Positions 62,581-64,000 of a stretch of DNA of 64,000 nucleotides are shown here, piece by piece (position 1 is the first letter of the stretch; every line of letters starts with the position of its first letter). The notes under the pieces are model-generated. The model was not told the DNA's origin and made no database searches. It worked only from the letters and a program-made list of their open reading frames with translations. This DNA is from the human T2T-CHM13v2.0 reference genome, Homo sapiens, in the NCBI RefSeq assembly GCF_009914755.1, contig NC_060931.1; one strand, given 5' to 3'. Both the position numbers and the translations under genes were made by a program.

Positions 62581-62987
62581 GCTAAAGACTCGCTGCTACA
62601 GGAGAGCAGGAAGGAGGTCAAAAGGTGAGAAATGGGGATGGCAAAAAAGGACACAAAATAGCAATGACACAAGAGACATGAAAGCCCAGAGATGAAGGTC
62701 TCCAGAGCAGCGGCTATGGTAAGATACAGAGAAGTTGATAAGAGGCTGACTAACCAACTGAAAGCAGAGTGGGGCCAGTGAGGATAGGGTTAAATACTAT
62801 AATGCTGGGTTCCTCAAGGAAAGGATAACATCTAGAATATTGAAGGTGCATCAGGTTCAATTTAGAAAAGTCAGAGGCATCCTCTTTTCTCCAGCCCATA
62901 CCCTTCATTAGATTCTCCTGCATTTTTGCCGTGAAATATGGTACAAAATTAGAAAAAAAAAAAAAAAAAGATAAAAAGTGTGCAGAA

Positions 62988-63291
<304 letters not shown>

Positions 63292-64000
63292 AAAAGCTCG
63301 CAGAGATTTCCTTCTGTTTTTAGTTGTAGTATTTTGCTTGGTTGGATTAAAAAACATCAAATGAATATACCTGGGAAGTTTCCATGAAAATCTGGAAATC
63401 AGAGAAGACTGAAAATAAAATCAAATATAAAAATATATATTAGTACATGAAAATGTTCTTATAGAACTTGAGACATTTGATTTCAAATAATTAGTAGCAA
63501 GTGAATTTTCCAATAAAATTATATGAATGCCATTAAAGTAAAAGTTATAGGCTGTGATTTTATATTATATAATATTTTTATCTTAAGTAAACACTCTGTT
63601 AGCCCCAAAAGTAGAGAATAATTTATTTGTTTGGTTTCAGCACTTTACCATATTCTTCCTAACTTCCCCATTTATTTCATTATTTTTAAAATTTATATGA
63701 AATGAAATTGTGTTGTACTTAATTTTTTACCTTTTCACCACACCACCTAAGAAAACCTAAGACCCTTCAGATATTCCTGGGGATTCATGGTTCATCGTTG
63801 TGGAGACAGAATAGAAACATGTAACTGTTGGTCAAGAAGTCTTCAGCCACTTCATATACTTTACCCCTAGTTTTCCCCGGGGGACGGCACTTTCCTTTCC
63901 TCCTTCTCTGGGAGCAGTCTCTCCTCCCACTGCATACCTACTCTAGTGACAGAGGGAGGGACATTTCTTACTCTCCAGCAGCCCGCTTCTTCAGCAAACA

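Noticed and set aside
62195-62695. 166-aa ORF
   Set aside because: Overlaps an MLT1-like relic, has no recognisable domain and no splice context; this length is attainable by chance in six frames of 64 kb.

Overview
Human non-coding genomic DNA. An AluYb8 with its diagnostic 7-bp duplication points to Homo sapiens. The window is AT-rich, has no CpG island and contains no recognisable cellular protein-coding exon or RNA gene. It is dominated by interspersed repeats: 21 Alu copies or fragments, a nested L1 complex at 52-60 kb, several truncated L1s, seven solo LTRs, hAT-type MER elements, and MIR/L2 relics. The only ORFs with recognisable homology are decayed L1 ORF2 pieces. All LTRs and most L1s lie on the minus strand, which suggests a large intron of a + strand gene that I cannot name. 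The most unusual signals are two short segments copied from 2-3 kb away without retrotransposition hallmarks: 103 bp at 23013->25925 and 149 bp of an Alu at 50892->48567, both about 91-92% identical to their donors. Also notable are a candidate HNF1/NR5A/FOXA + TATA promoter with a strong splice donor (49.67-50.01 kb), a near-consensus AluYb8, and two perfect 14-15 bp inverted repeats. Repeat subfamily names come from recalled consensus sequences, and boundaries of old repeats are approximate.
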